Positions 1-11,027 are shown, numbered from the stretch's first letter. The stretch: DNA of 17,625 nucleotides from Nitrospinota bacterium (GCA_046581755.1 JAYGFR010000341.1:1-17625); one strand, 5' to 3'. Numbers and translations are program-made. The notes: generated from the letters alone by a model not told the origin.

Positions 1-69
1 GTAAGGCCTTCTAAATTAGCTAATTAGGCCGTCATAGGCGAACAAACAACAAAAACAGACCCATATTTT

Positions 70-2025
70 CTATCCGCCCGGCCGGTAAAAGTCCTGTCCG
101 GCCAGCCGGTAAAGGAAGATAGTGGTCCTCTTGCCGGAAAAAAATCTTCCGCTTCCCACGGAGACAACGATGAGATCGTTGACCCCATCGTTGTCGGCAT
201 CCCCGAAGGCGAAGTCCGAAACCCCGCCATCCAGCTTTTTCGAGCGCCAGATTTCAGAGAGCCCGCTTCCGTCCCACACGAGGCTCACGATCAGCCCGGT
301 GGAAATGCCCAGGCCGGGAACCAGGCGCGATCCGGAATATTCGTTCGCAACCGTGAGAAGCTCGCTCACCCCGTCATTGTCGGTGTCCACCACCAGGAGG
401 CGCGTGCTGATACGCAATACCGGATTGTCGACTTCAACTCCCCTCCCGGAGAGCTCGGTCTCGAATACATGAAGGGGAGCCCCGTAGCGGGATGCGCTCG
501 TAAAGCGCACCTCGCCGCGCCGCGAATAAACCCGCAAAAAATCGTCATTTCCAATTTCAACCACTTCGGGCGTACCGTCCCCGTCCAGATCCCATAGGGC
601 AAATCCGAGAATATCTAAATCCTGGGGAAGAGCATATTCCGCGGACCGGATTAGCTTATTGCGGCTCGACCAGCGGAAGCGGTAGACGGGCCCATCCAGA
701 GGGGAGTCGAATCCCGCGTATTGCCCCAGAAGGATGAAGGCGTCCTTATCGGAAAGCTTGACCTTCGCATTGGAACTGCGGGCGCGGAGGAGCCGGAAAA
801 AGATGTTCTGGTTGCTCGCCAGCTTCACGAATTTATTGCCTTGCATCTCGAGCACCATGGAAAAGAGCGAATCGCCGCGATAGTTGGTGACGTAAATCTC
901 GGGGAGGCCGTTTCCGTTCATGTCGCCGACGTCGAGCCATCTGAAATCGTTCCCGACGCCCTCGTCGAAGCGGGCCAGCTCGCGTATCCGGCTCCCGCTC
1001 AACTGGTAAACGATCACCTGGTGGGTGCCGATAACGACCACCTCGTTTTTACCGTCCTTATTCACATCGGCGATCGCAATTCCCCTGACCTCCAGATCGG
1101 AGAAAACAAATCTTCTCGCAAACCTGCTGGCCGAGGAGAATCCGCTCTGAGTCACGGTAAACGATTGATTTGGAGCGCTTTGGGGGCGTCTGTCCCCCTT
1201 GCGGCGCAACGCCTGCTCCTTGGGGGCCAATTGCTCGAACGGAAGGTCGCCGGCGATGGCCACCGCGGAGAACAACTCCCGGCCCTCCTTCAAGGAAAAC
1301 AGGCGGCTCGTCATCACTTTCTTGCCCCGAACGTCGCGGATGGTGCTCTGAATCACAAAGTCCCGGCGAATCTGACTTTTTAACTTGGCGGCATTTTTCC
1401 CTTTCAAAAGCTGGTCCACCGCGATGCCGCTCTCCAATAGCCAGACCTGGAGGCGGTCCACGTCATAGATACCGAACCGCCCCTTCGACAGGAGCAACCG
1501 GGAGAACTCCCTCGTCACGATCTCCGTGCTCAAGGGCTCTTTCGTTTGGTTGAGAAATGGCAGAACGGCGATTCGGATTTTCGCGGAAGAGAGGCGGACC
1601 TTATCCTTCACCCTCGGCGTCCGGTTCTTGCCAGAGGATATTTTCGTCATCCGCGCGATGGAAAATTTCTCCCGGACCTCGACGATCTCGGCCAAGCCGA
1701 TTTCCTCTTCAAGCGTTCCGAGAACCACCCCCGTAACGGGATGGCGGAACGGCGCCCCCTTGCGAAAGACGGTGAGCCGGTTTCCCTTGATGGCCCGGTC
1801 CGTCTTGCCGACACTGAGAAAAATATCCGCCCCTTTGACGGCGACAACCTCACCCTGAAGATAGGGGAACTTTTGGTGAAACTTGTCGCTGATGACTCCC
1901 AGCGCACGGCGAAAGTCGTTTTCCTGAGCGGTGGCGCCGCCAAATAAAACCAGGCCGGCGCAGACCGCCAAAATCGCCGCCTTTCGGAAGAACCGCCAAA
2001 ATATTCTGAAATTCATCAAGCCCAT
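70..2025 (-). CDS. Secreted FG-GAP/VCBS-repeat beta-propeller protein with N-terminal FlgT-C-like and TolB-N/CsgG-like domains
   Basis: 651-aa ORF. Signal peptide (RFFRKAAILAVCAGLVLFGGATA). FlgT-C-like segment (VFRKGAPFRHPVTGVVLGTLEEEIG), then RIAVLPFLN. Repeated Ca-binding DxDxDG motifs: ADVNKDGKNEVV, GDMNGNGLPEIY, WDLDGDGTPEVV, VDTDNDGVSELL, GDADNDGVNDLI. Confidence 0.8.
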   Translation of the reverse strand: MGLMNFRIFWRFFRKAAILAVCAGLVLFGGATAQENDFRRALGVISDKFHQKFPYLQGEVVAVKGADIFLSVGKTDRAIKGNRLTVFRKGAPFRHPVTGVVLGTLEEEIGLAEIVEVREKFSIARMTKISSGKNRTPRVKDKVRLSSAKIRIAVLPFLNQTKEPLSTEIVTREFSRLLLSKGRFGIYDVDRLQVWLLESGIAVDQLLKGKNAAKLKSQIRRDFVIQSTIRDVRGKKVMTSRLFSLKEGRELFSAVAIAGDLPFEQLAPKEQALRRKGDRRPQSAPNQSFTVTQSGFSSASRFARRFVFSDLEVRGIAIADVNKDGKNEVVVIGTHQVIVYQLSGSRIRELARFDEGVGNDFRWLDVGDMNGNGLPEIYVTNYRGDSLFSMVLEMQGNKFVKLASNQNIFFRLLRARSSNAKVKLSDKDAFILLGQYAGFDSPLDGPVYRFRWSSRNKLIRSAEYALPQDLDILGFALWDLDGDGTPEVVEIGNDDFLRVYSRRGEVRFTSASRYGAPLHVFETELSGRGVEVDNPVLRISTRLLVVDTDNDGVSELLTVANEYSGSRLVPGLGISTGLIVSLVWDGSGLSEIWRSKKLDGGVSDFAFGDADNDGVNDLIVVSVGSGRFFSGKRTTIFLYRLAGQDFYRPGG

Positions 2026-2051
2026 GCTCTCCGCGAAAAGGGGTGAAGAAT

Positions 2052-3761
2052 TTAAAGAGACGCCCGATAAATCACCTTCGTACCCGCCAAACGATCGCCC
2101 AACCCCCGGCCTTTTTTATCGATAACAATGAGAATTTGCCCTAGACCCGCGGGCAAGACAGCAATGAGGGTACCGAAATATCTGAGAACCGCCTGCATAT
2201 ATCCCACGGGTTGATCTTCCAGATCAACCACCACCAGCCCCGCGACACGGTGTCCTGGAGTTCCTCCCCAGCCGCCGATAAAATATACCGAATAAAAAAA
2301 TGTCAGCAGCAACAGACTCACCAGATTGATCGTGAGCACCAGGGGCATCGCCTCCATATTCGTATATATCGTGTCCGTGACCTGACTGAAAATAAAATGC
2401 GTCCCAACGACGAACAACATCTCTAAAAATCCCACCATGACACAATCGACAACGCCCGCAATCAATCGGTTTTGAACAGGAGCAACCATTTCTTCCCGGT
2501 GTCCCTGGGACTCTTCGGCGGCCGGCCCATCTTCGGGCTCCTGGGGCGCGTCCGCAGGCTCATCCTCCTCCTCATACGCCTCGATTTCTCCTTCGTCATC
2601 GCCAGACAGATCGGCCGCCCCCGGCGCGTCAAAATCCTCCTCTCCCACTTCCTCTTTATCCTTGCCCTCTTCCTCGTCCAGATCGATGCCGTCCCCGGCC
2701 CCGGTGAGCGGGGAGTCCAGTTCGTCCTGGCTGACGATGTCCCCGCCATCCGCCGGCAGTTCGGTGAAATCATCGTCAGATATTTCATCCCCGTCTCCGG
2801 CGCCTTCCTCGGAGGAGGATATATCGAGATCCGAATCGTCATCGCCGGAACTTTCCAGCGCATCATCCCAGATCTTTTCGAGATCGGAATCGTCAAGCTC
2901 CGCCAGATCGGCATCCTCATGGGAAGAATCGGCGTCTCCGGCGTCTCCGGCGTCTCCGGCGTCTCCGGCGTCTCCGGCGGATAACTCCTCTGAAACAGCG
3001 GTGGTTTCCGCCGCATCTTGCTCGGCAAACGCATCGTCCCACATGTTCGAAATATCATCTTCCGAGTTATCCGAATCGGCCGGCGCCGCAACGGCCTCGG
3101 CCTCGGTCTCATCCGCCGTGGCCCCGGCCTCCCCGGCATCCAACTCATCCAGCAGGGCCGCCGGGTCCTCGCTCGATTCACCGCCTAGATCACCGAGCTC
3201 GTCCTCTAGGCTCTCCAAAGCGGGTTCTTCCACCCCGCCGGCCTCCCCGGCGTCCAGGCCCGCGAAGGGGTCCTCCTCCTCCGCACCCGCTTCGGCAGGG
3301 GCTTCGGGTCCGGCGGAAGCCTCTTCCAGGATGGAGTCGAAATCCTCCAGCGCGGGATCCTCTGCGACGGCGGCATCCACTTCCGCGGCGGCTTCACTTT
3401 CCAGGCCGGAATCATCCTCGTCCCAGGAATCGCCGTCATCGCCTCCATTCGTTATGGTGGCGGCGGCCCCGGTCAGGGGCACATCCTTCACCGCCACTTC
3501 GGCCTCCAGGGATCCCGAGACGACCTCGAGGGCGACATCGCCCAGGAGGGAGATCACCTCGGGGTCGTTCTCGTTTCCGTAGAATCGAGGGATATGGCCA
3601 AACGCGAGGGAGGAAAGATAGGAAGACCCCCCGCTCTTTTTTCGGCGGGTCCGGGGGGTGATGGTCCGGACGATCGGATGGGGGACCGACTTGCCGCACT
3701 TCGGGCATCCATCGTGGATATCAAAGGTTACGAAACCACACTTCCGGTTCGGACAACGCAC
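2052..3761 (-). CDS. RDD-family membrane protein with N-terminal zinc ribbon and long acidic low-complexity linker
   Basis: Start reassigned from TTG 3791 to GTG at 3761, which follows GAGGTAGGA (RBS-like) and gives M-RCPNRKCGFVTFD...CPKCGK. The middle is D/E/A/G-rich. The C-terminal RDD signature is APVQNRLIAGVVD...GTPGHRVAGLVVVD...AVLRYF...GRGLGDRLAGTKV. Confidence 0.85.
   Translation of the reverse strand: MRCPNRKCGFVTFDIHDGCPKCGKSVPHPIVRTITPRTRRKKSGGSSYLSSLAFGHIPRFYGNENDPEVISLLGDVALEVVSGSLEAEVAVKDVPLTGAAATITNGGDDGDSWDEDDSGLESEAAAEVDAAVAEDPALEDFDSILEEASAGPEAPAEAGAEEEDPFAGLDAGEAGGVEEPALESLEDELGDLGGESSEDPAALLDELDAGEAGATADETEAEAVAAPADSDNSEDDISNMWDDAFAEQDAAETTAVSEELSAGDAGDAGDAGDAGDADSSHEDADLAELDDSDLEKIWDDALESSGDDDSDLDISSSEEGAGDGDEISDDDFTELPADGGDIVSQDELDSPLTGAGDGIDLDEEEGKDKEEVGEEDFDAPGAADLSGDDEGEIEAYEEEDEPADAPQEPEDGPAAEESQGHREEMVAPVQNRLIAGVVDCVMVGFLEMLFVVGTHFIFSQVTDTIYTNMEAMPLVLTINLVSLLLLTFFYSVYFIGGWGGTPGHRVAGLVVVDLEDQPVGYMQAVLRYFGTLIAVLPAGLGQILIVIDKKGRGLGDRLAGTKVIYRASL
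2931..2975. repeat. 9-bp tandem repeat (GGCGTCTCC)x5 in coding sequence, encoding (AGD)n
   Basis: Five perfect adjacent copies read directly from the sequence. Confidence 0.95.
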
Positions 3762-3865
3762 GAGATGTCCTACCTCATGGCTGGGCGGCAAAACAGTAAT
3801 AGATTTAATAGGTTTCGCACGGAAACTTCAATCCCTATTTTAGGATTTTCGATATTGGCGCCCGG

Positions 3866-5815
3866 CTACCGGGGCGGCAGGATTCCCAGCATCCGCATAA
3901 ATTCGGGCCGAAGGCGTATGCCCAGCCGGCCGGCCAGGCCCGCATGGCGGCGGGCACCTGCGATATCGCCCGATTCAAACAGGATCTGCGCCAGGATATG
4001 ATGAATGTCCCCTCTTCCGGGGGCGGCCGACAGCGCGGCCCGGTACTGCTCCTCCGCCCGCCGGATTTTGCGCTGCTTCAGGTAGAGATTGCCGAGCCGG
4101 AGCCGGGTCTCCACGTCCCCGGGGTAGAGGGAAACCGCCTTCTCCAGATGAAGGCCCGCCTCCTCCAGCCGTCCAGCGCCGATATAGAGGTCGCCGATGG
4201 CGAGGAGATTTTCCGAAGCGCGGGGATTCAGGCGGAGGGCTTCCTTGAGGGCGGCCTCGGCCTCCTTCCCCCTCCGGCTCCCCATGAGCGATATTCCCAG
4301 TTCCGTCCAGGCGGGATCGTATACCGGAAGAATCTCGGTCGCCTTTTTCAGCGGCGCGACGGCCTCCACGAATTTCCCCTTGCGGATGAGGGATTGCCCG
4401 TAGAGGCGAAGCGCCCGCGCGCTGTTCGGCGAAACGCGCGCCGCGCTCTCCCAGAAAACGAGATAGCCGGACCAATCCCCGTTCCGCTCCCAGCTCATGC
4501 CCCCGAATAAAAGCGCCGCCGCCGCCAGCGCGCCCATGAACACTCTTTTTTCCCGGCGGACCAAATAATCCGCCAGCGCGGGCGCGAAGGCGATCAAAAA
4601 ACCCGCCGAGGGAATGTACATGAGGCGCTCGGCCATGATCGTTCCGATCGGAAGGATGAGGTTGCTCGCCGGGGCATAGCTCGCCAGAAACAGGGCCAGC
4701 CCGAAGGCCACCTCGGGGCACCCCTGCCGCCAGCTCCAGGCAGCCCAGCCCCAGGCCGCGATGAGAAGACACCCCAGCGCTGCCCAGGCCAGGCTTGCGC
4801 CGCTCCAGGGGAGTATCTGTGCGTAGGAGTAGTCGATCGTGAGCGGCCGGGGCCAGACGAGGAGCCCCAGGTAGCGGCCCAGGACGCCCAGCGCGCCGGC
4901 AATCCGCCCGGCGAAACCCTCATGGGCCAGCGGATTGTCCAGAATCGAGGGCGGGCCCGGCCGCGACCACATGCCCAGCGCCCCGTAGCGCATGGCCAGA
5001 TAGAGGACCAGGACCACCCCCACCGCCACCGCGGCCCTCCCCAGCCCCTCGCGGTTCATCCGGAACCACTCCGCCGCCGGCCACCGGCACCATGCCCACC
5101 AGAGCGCCGCCCAAAGGAGAAAGGACACACCGCTCTCCTTGGAGAAAAGCGCCAGCGCAAACCAAAGGCCGATGAAGAGGGCCAGCCGGTTCATCTCCTT
5201 CGAATTTTCGGCGGCGGCCTCGGCCTCCTTTTTCGCGGAGCGCCTGCTCGCGGAGCGCCTCCTCCCGGCCTCCTCGCCGCCCTTCTCGCGGAGCGCCTGG
5301 CCGCTCTTTTCGCGAAGCGCTTGGATGGCCCCGCCCAGCAGACCGGCCGCCGCGAGCAGGTCCGCCCGGCCGACCACGGCCATCACCGCCTCTGTGTGCA
5401 CCGGATGCACCGCGAAGAGCAGCGCCGCCGCCCCCGCCCCCTCCGGCCGCAGCCCCAGGCAAAGCCCCAGGCGCAGGAGCAGCAGGCTCGCAAGGGCGTG
5501 GAGTAGGATATTGAGTGCCCGGTAGCCCCAGGGATCGTTTCCCCCCAGGGCGTGGTTGACGATCAGGGTGAGGGTGGTCAGGGGCCGGAAAAGGCGGTCG
5601 CGCGTGGACTCGTCCACCCGCATCCCCCAGTAGTCCTTCCGGAGGAGATCGAGGAGGGGCCCGTCGTTCTGGACGATGGGGTTCCGCTCGATCATCGTGA
5701 TGTCATCGTGCAGGAACGGGTAGGAGAGCGTCCCCCAGAAGGACAAAAGCACCGCCGCGAGGACCAAAACGGCCCAGAGCCGCACCGCCCGCCGCTCCGA
5801 ATTACCTGCCGTCAT
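3866..5815 (-). CDS. TMTC-like (DUF1736) GT-C glycosyltransferase with C-terminal TPR repeats
   Basis: Motifs typical of TMTC O-mannosyltransferases in the expected order: FLHDD..IERN, LFRPL, LFAVHPVHTEAV..VVGRADLL, FSKESG, DNPL, LTIDYS, MAERLMYIPSAG, RNGDW. Multiple TM segments, then several TPRs. Confidence 0.85.
   Translation of the reverse strand: MTAGNSERRAVRLWAVLVLAAVLLSFWGTLSYPFLHDDITMIERNPIVQNDGPLLDLLRKDYWGMRVDESTRDRLFRPLTTLTLIVNHALGGNDPWGYRALNILLHALASLLLLRLGLCLGLRPEGAGAAALLFAVHPVHTEAVMAVVGRADLLAAAGLLGGAIQALREKSGQALREKGGEEAGRRRSASRRSAKKEAEAAAENSKEMNRLALFIGLWFALALFSKESGVSFLLWAALWWAWCRWPAAEWFRMNREGLGRAAVAVGVVLVLYLAMRYGALGMWSRPGPPSILDNPLAHEGFAGRIAGALGVLGRYLGLLVWPRPLTIDYSYAQILPWSGASLAWAALGCLLIAAWGWAAWSWRQGCPEVAFGLALFLASYAPASNLILPIGTIMAERLMYIPSAGFLIAFAPALADYLVRREKRVFMGALAAAALLFGGMSWERNGDWSGYLVFWESAARVSPNSARALRLYGQSLIRKGKFVEAVAPLKKATEILPVYDPAWTELGISLMGSRRGKEAEAALKEALRLNPRASENLLAIGDLYIGAGRLEEAGLHLEKAVSLYPGDVETRLRLGNLYLKQRKIRRAEEQYRAALSAAPGRGDIHHILAQILFESGDIAGARRHAGLAGRLGIRLRPEFMRMLGILPPR
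5233..5322. repeat. Four copies of a 13-bp motif TCGCGGAGCGCCT within the TMTC-like gene
   Basis: Exact copies at 5233-5245, 5248-5260 and 5286-5298; variant TCGCGAAGCGCTT at 5310-5322. Confidence 0.85.
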
Positions 5816-5859
5816 ATCCGGGGACCGCCGGGCGGGGCAAAAGAGGGATCATGGCCCCG

Positions 5860-5889
5860 AGTATAGCGGGGTTGGGGGCGAGGCGGCAA
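5860..5889 (-). promoter_or_regulatory. Putative sigma70 promoter for the TMTC-like gene
   Basis: Minus strand TTGCCG-N18-TATACT, ending about 45 nt upstream of the ATG at 5815. Confidence 0.45.
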
Positions 5890-5974
5890 AACGGGGGGAG
5901 GCGGATTCATTCGCCGGGAAATTTTCGGACGCTGCAGGGGCGGGAAAACCGGAGGCGCAAAAAGGATATGGAAG

Positions 5975-6607
5975 CTACCCCAGCGGCCGCAGGATGGCGC
6001 GGACGGGGGCGGCGTCCCGGCCCCGGAACAGCGCGGGCAGCGCGATCAGCTCGTAGTCTCCCGGTGCGGCCTCCAAGAGGTTCAACCCCTCCAGCAAAAC
6101 CACCCCGGCCGGGAGGAGGGTCCGGTGGACCGGCTCCCCCTCGCTCTCCGCGCCGTCCACTGAAAGAGAGTCCACCCCGAGCAGCCGCACCCCCGCGTCC
6201 AGGAGCGCCCGCCCGGCCTCCGGGGTCATGTGGCAAAACGCCGGGTCGAAGGGCTTCTCCCCCCACCTCTCGGCGGAATTCCGGGTGCGGATCAATAGCC
6301 GGACGACGCCCGACAGATCGTGTTCAAGAAGCTCATCCGCGGTGATGCGCCCCGGGTCCTCGATCCGAATCACCCGCGCCGGGCCCGCCAGTGCCTCCAG
6401 CGGCACCGTCTCGATCCCCCCCGCGCCCTCGATGAAATGGCTCGGCGCGTCGATATGGGTCCCGGTGTGCAGCCCGATCCGCGCCACGCTCACGTTCACG
6501 CCGTCTCCCGCCGCAATCGAAAGATGAAGACGGATCTCCGGCACAGGATCGCCCGGCCAGACCGGCATCCCCTCTTGGATCGGAACCGTGATGTCGATGA
6601 TCGTCAT
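5975..6607 (-). CDS. Cyclase-family metal-dependent hydrolase (kynurenine formamidase KynB-like)
   Basis: Signature HTGTHIDAPSH, plus MPVWPGDP, LLGVDSLSVD, VHRTLL and LLEGL; 210 aa. Substrate cannot be assigned because no kynA/kynU is nearby. Confidence 0.9.
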   Translation of the reverse strand: MTIIDITVPIQEGMPVWPGDPVPEIRLHLSIAAGDGVNVSVARIGLHTGTHIDAPSHFIEGAGGIETVPLEALAGPARVIRIEDPGRITADELLEHDLSGVVRLLIRTRNSAERWGEKPFDPAFCHMTPEAGRALLDAGVRLLGVDSLSVDGAESEGEPVHRTLLPAGVVLLEGLNLLEAAPGDYELIALPALFRGRDAAPVRAILRPLG

Positions 6608-6762
6608 GGGAATTTTCCTTTAATGGTGGATATCGTCAGGCCGGAATTCTGGTGGAATCGGTGGGCAGTATAGGGAGAGAAGCGGATAACAGGGGGAGAT
6701 AGATTTTATACGGCGAGGGATTTTGCAGGAGCGCTCCCGGTCAAGTCCGGCACCGCCTTTGG

Positions 6763-8972
<2,210 letters not shown>

Positions 8973-8997
8973 AACCGCCTGGAACCCAAAAACCAGC

Positions 8998-9031
8998 CCC
9001 CGTCCGGAGCGACTCCGGGCGGGGTTTTTTT
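8998..9031 (+). terminator. Rho-independent terminator of thiC
   Basis: 12-bp stem CCCCGTCCGGAG-cga-CTCCGGGCGGGG followed by T7. Confidence 0.92.
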
Positions 9032-9142
9032 GTTCCCTCCCCCCCCTGCGCACCTCCCCGCATTTCCGGTGCGTCCCATTTGGCCCCTCCGGCGTATCTT
9101 CCCCATGCGCGCGCGGATTCACCGCGCGGAAAGGGAGGCAAA

Positions 9143-9785
9143 ATGGAACTGGAAAAGAGGAAAACGCGGGGGATGATGACGGGGCCCGGGGGGCGCAAGC
9201 ACCCGCCGAGCAAAATCGAGCGGGCCGGCGCCGGGGAGGCGGTGGGCGAGGTGCTCATGGGCGGCACCACATTGGAGGAGGCTTGCGGAAAGTTTCGGGA
9301 GATTGCGGGTGAACCTTTGAGTATCAATTCGATGAGCCGCTACCGGAAGCGCCTCTTCGAGCACACCGCGAAGATGGAGAAGCTCGACATCCTCGTGGAC
9401 CGGCTGCTGGACCGGGCGTCCGAGGCGCCCTCGAGCGACCCGTCGGCGATGGTGCGCGAGATGATGCTGGCGCTGGTGATCGAGGCGGCGGATACGATCA
9501 CCCCCGAGGCGATGGCGGCGATGCCGCCCGGGGAGCTCTCCCTCCTGGTCGCCCGGCTCGAGCGCTCCCGGTCCGCGCGCGACATGGTGCGCCTAGGCTA
9601 CATTCAGGCGGCGATGGCGGCCAAGCCGCGGGATACTGAGGGAGATGGCCGAGGAGATCGCCCACAACCCCATGCAGTTGAAGGATATCAGGCAGTCCAA
9701 CAAGGAGGTGGACGCACTGAATGAGGCCGAGGAGGAGGAGCTAAAAGCGGCCGCAAAGAGAGGCGGTCAGTCCCCGGGCCTGTAG
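9143..9785 (+). CDS. Mu-like phage Gp27/DUF3486-like protein, with probable +1 frameshift near 9626
   Basis: RBS GGGAGG, then ATG at 9143. The pattern SKIE...TLEE...LSINSMSRY..helical region..LSLLVARLERS resembles the Gp27 family. In frame it stops at 9724 after an unnatural tail; the +1 frame gives helical RGILREMAEEIAHNPMQLKDI... ending at TAG 9785. Confidence 0.5.
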
Positions 9786-10261
9786 GCCACCCGCGCGCCG
9801 GGAGTGAACCCGTTGCGTTCGAACCAGCCCCGGTTCACTTCGAGGGCGTACCGGACGGGCTCTTTCGATGGATAGGTGGGCGCATCGCCGCCGGCCCCGG
9901 GCGGGTCCATATGGCGAATTTCGTCGATGCGCCAGTTCGAGGCAATGTAGGCGATCGAAAGAGGGATGCGAATGTTCTTCATCCAGAAGGCCCGTGGGCC
10001 GCTCCTTGGATAGATGAACAGCATGCCCTCGCCCTCGGGCAGATGGCCCCGGAACATGAGGCCGCGCCTCCGGGCGGCGGAACGATCGGCGACCTCGACC
10101 TGGAGGGTGACGCTCCGCCCGCCCTGGGAGATCGTGACGGCGCCGCTCTTGAAGAGGATTGGGGGCGGTCCGGCTGGCGCAGGTACTGCGGTGGCCGGTG
10201 CGCCGGTGGCCGGTCCCGCGAAAACGAGGGCGGCCGCCAGGCCGATAATCAGCTTCCGCAT
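9767..10261 (-). CDS. DUF192-domain exported protein
   Basis: Signal peptide; signature VEVAD...RRRGLMFR..LPEGEGMLF...FWMKN..IPLSIAYI...YALEVNRGWF. Confidence 0.92.
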   Translation of the reverse strand: MRKLIIGLAAALVFAGPATGAPATAVPAPAGPPPILFKSGAVTISQGGRSVTLQVEVADRSAARRRGLMFRGHLPEGEGMLFIYPRSGPRAFWMKNIRIPLSIAYIASNWRIDEIRHMDPPGAGGDAPTYPSKEPVRYALEVNRGWFERNGFTPGARVAYRPGD

Positions 10262-10378
10262 GAACGCGTCTCCGAATTGCCGCGGCGCGCGTGCTGCCCG
10301 CGCATTTCATCCGGCCCCCACAGGAGGAATGATGGCGAATCCTGTCCATATCATAACCCGCAAAGGAGAATGCGCCTC

Positions 10379-10942
10379 ATGGAAAAACCCATCCCGTTCA
10401 GGAGAGCGAGCACGACGCCGGGCGAGCACCTCATCGACAAGCCCGAGCTTCCCCGGCAAGGGTTCGCCATGCACCTCGTGGCCGGCACCGAAACGCTGCC
10501 GGACGAGTATCAGCTCAAGGTCGGACGGTTCATGGACCACGAGATCTACTCGGACGAGCCCAGGCATATCGGCGGGACGGACAAATATCCCCCGCCCATG
10601 AGCTACATCGCGATGGGGGTGGGCTTCTGACTGCTTACGCAACTGGCGCGGTACGCGGCCATGATGAAGTTGAAAATCAAAAAGGCGAGCTGCCGGGTGG
10701 AGTTCGACTACGTGCTCCGGGGCTCAGTCCTGAAGGCCACGGTGAACACGACATGGGAGGGGGTGAAAACCCACATCGAGGTGGAATCGATTGAGCCCTC
10801 CGAAAAAATCGCCGCCCTCGTCAGAATCGCCAAGGGAGGCTGTTTCGCGGAGAACATGATTACCCAGGCGGTGCCGCTGACGAGCGAGGTGAAGCTGAAC
10901 GGCGAGGCGCTCGAAATCAAGGGGATCACGCCGGAGGGATAG
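10379..10942 (+). CDS. OsmC/Ohr-family peroxiredoxin-like protein, probable selenoprotein (Sec84 at TGA 10628-10630)
   Basis: ORF-track entries 9911-10630 and 10661-10942 are in the same frame, separated only by TGA plus 10 sense codons. Joined, they read SDEPRHIGGTDKYPPPMSYIAMGVGF-U-LLTQLARYA...AKGGCFAE, the OsmC DEP..GG...P.P motif with U at the first catalytic Cys and the second Cys at codon 10841. RBS AAGGAG precedes ATG 10379; 187 aa. Confidence 0.88.
10644..10661 (+). promoter_or_regulatory. Putative bacterial SECIS element
   Basis: Hairpin UGGC-GCG-[GUA]-CGC-(G)-GCCA. The apical loop begins with GU at +21/+22 from the UGA, within the spacing expected for SelB-binding SECIS elements. 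Confidence 0.65.
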
Positions 10943-11027
10943 GGAGATTTTCTCGATAAAAGTGGTTTATGATAGGATAATAGATCAAACGACTTTCCCG
11001 TCTCGAACAACCAAGGAGGCCCTCCCC

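Noticed and set aside
5975..6607. Cyclase gene as part of a kynurenine route to quinolinate feeding nadC
   Set aside because: It is about 7 kb from nadC, no kynA, kynU, kmo or haaO is present, and nadA indicates the aspartate route.
9911..10378. Long N-terminal extension of the OsmC ORF, and an alternative AGGAGG-ATG start at 10329/10332
   Set aside because: The extension is antisense to the DUF192 gene. The alternative start is in a different frame and gives no recognisable protein, although an extra indel cannot be fully excluded.
10628..10630. TGA as Trp/Gly reassignment (genetic code 4 or 25)
   Set aside because: Trp is encoded by TGG throughout, the DUF192 gene ends in TGA, and this codon aligns with a catalytic Cys.
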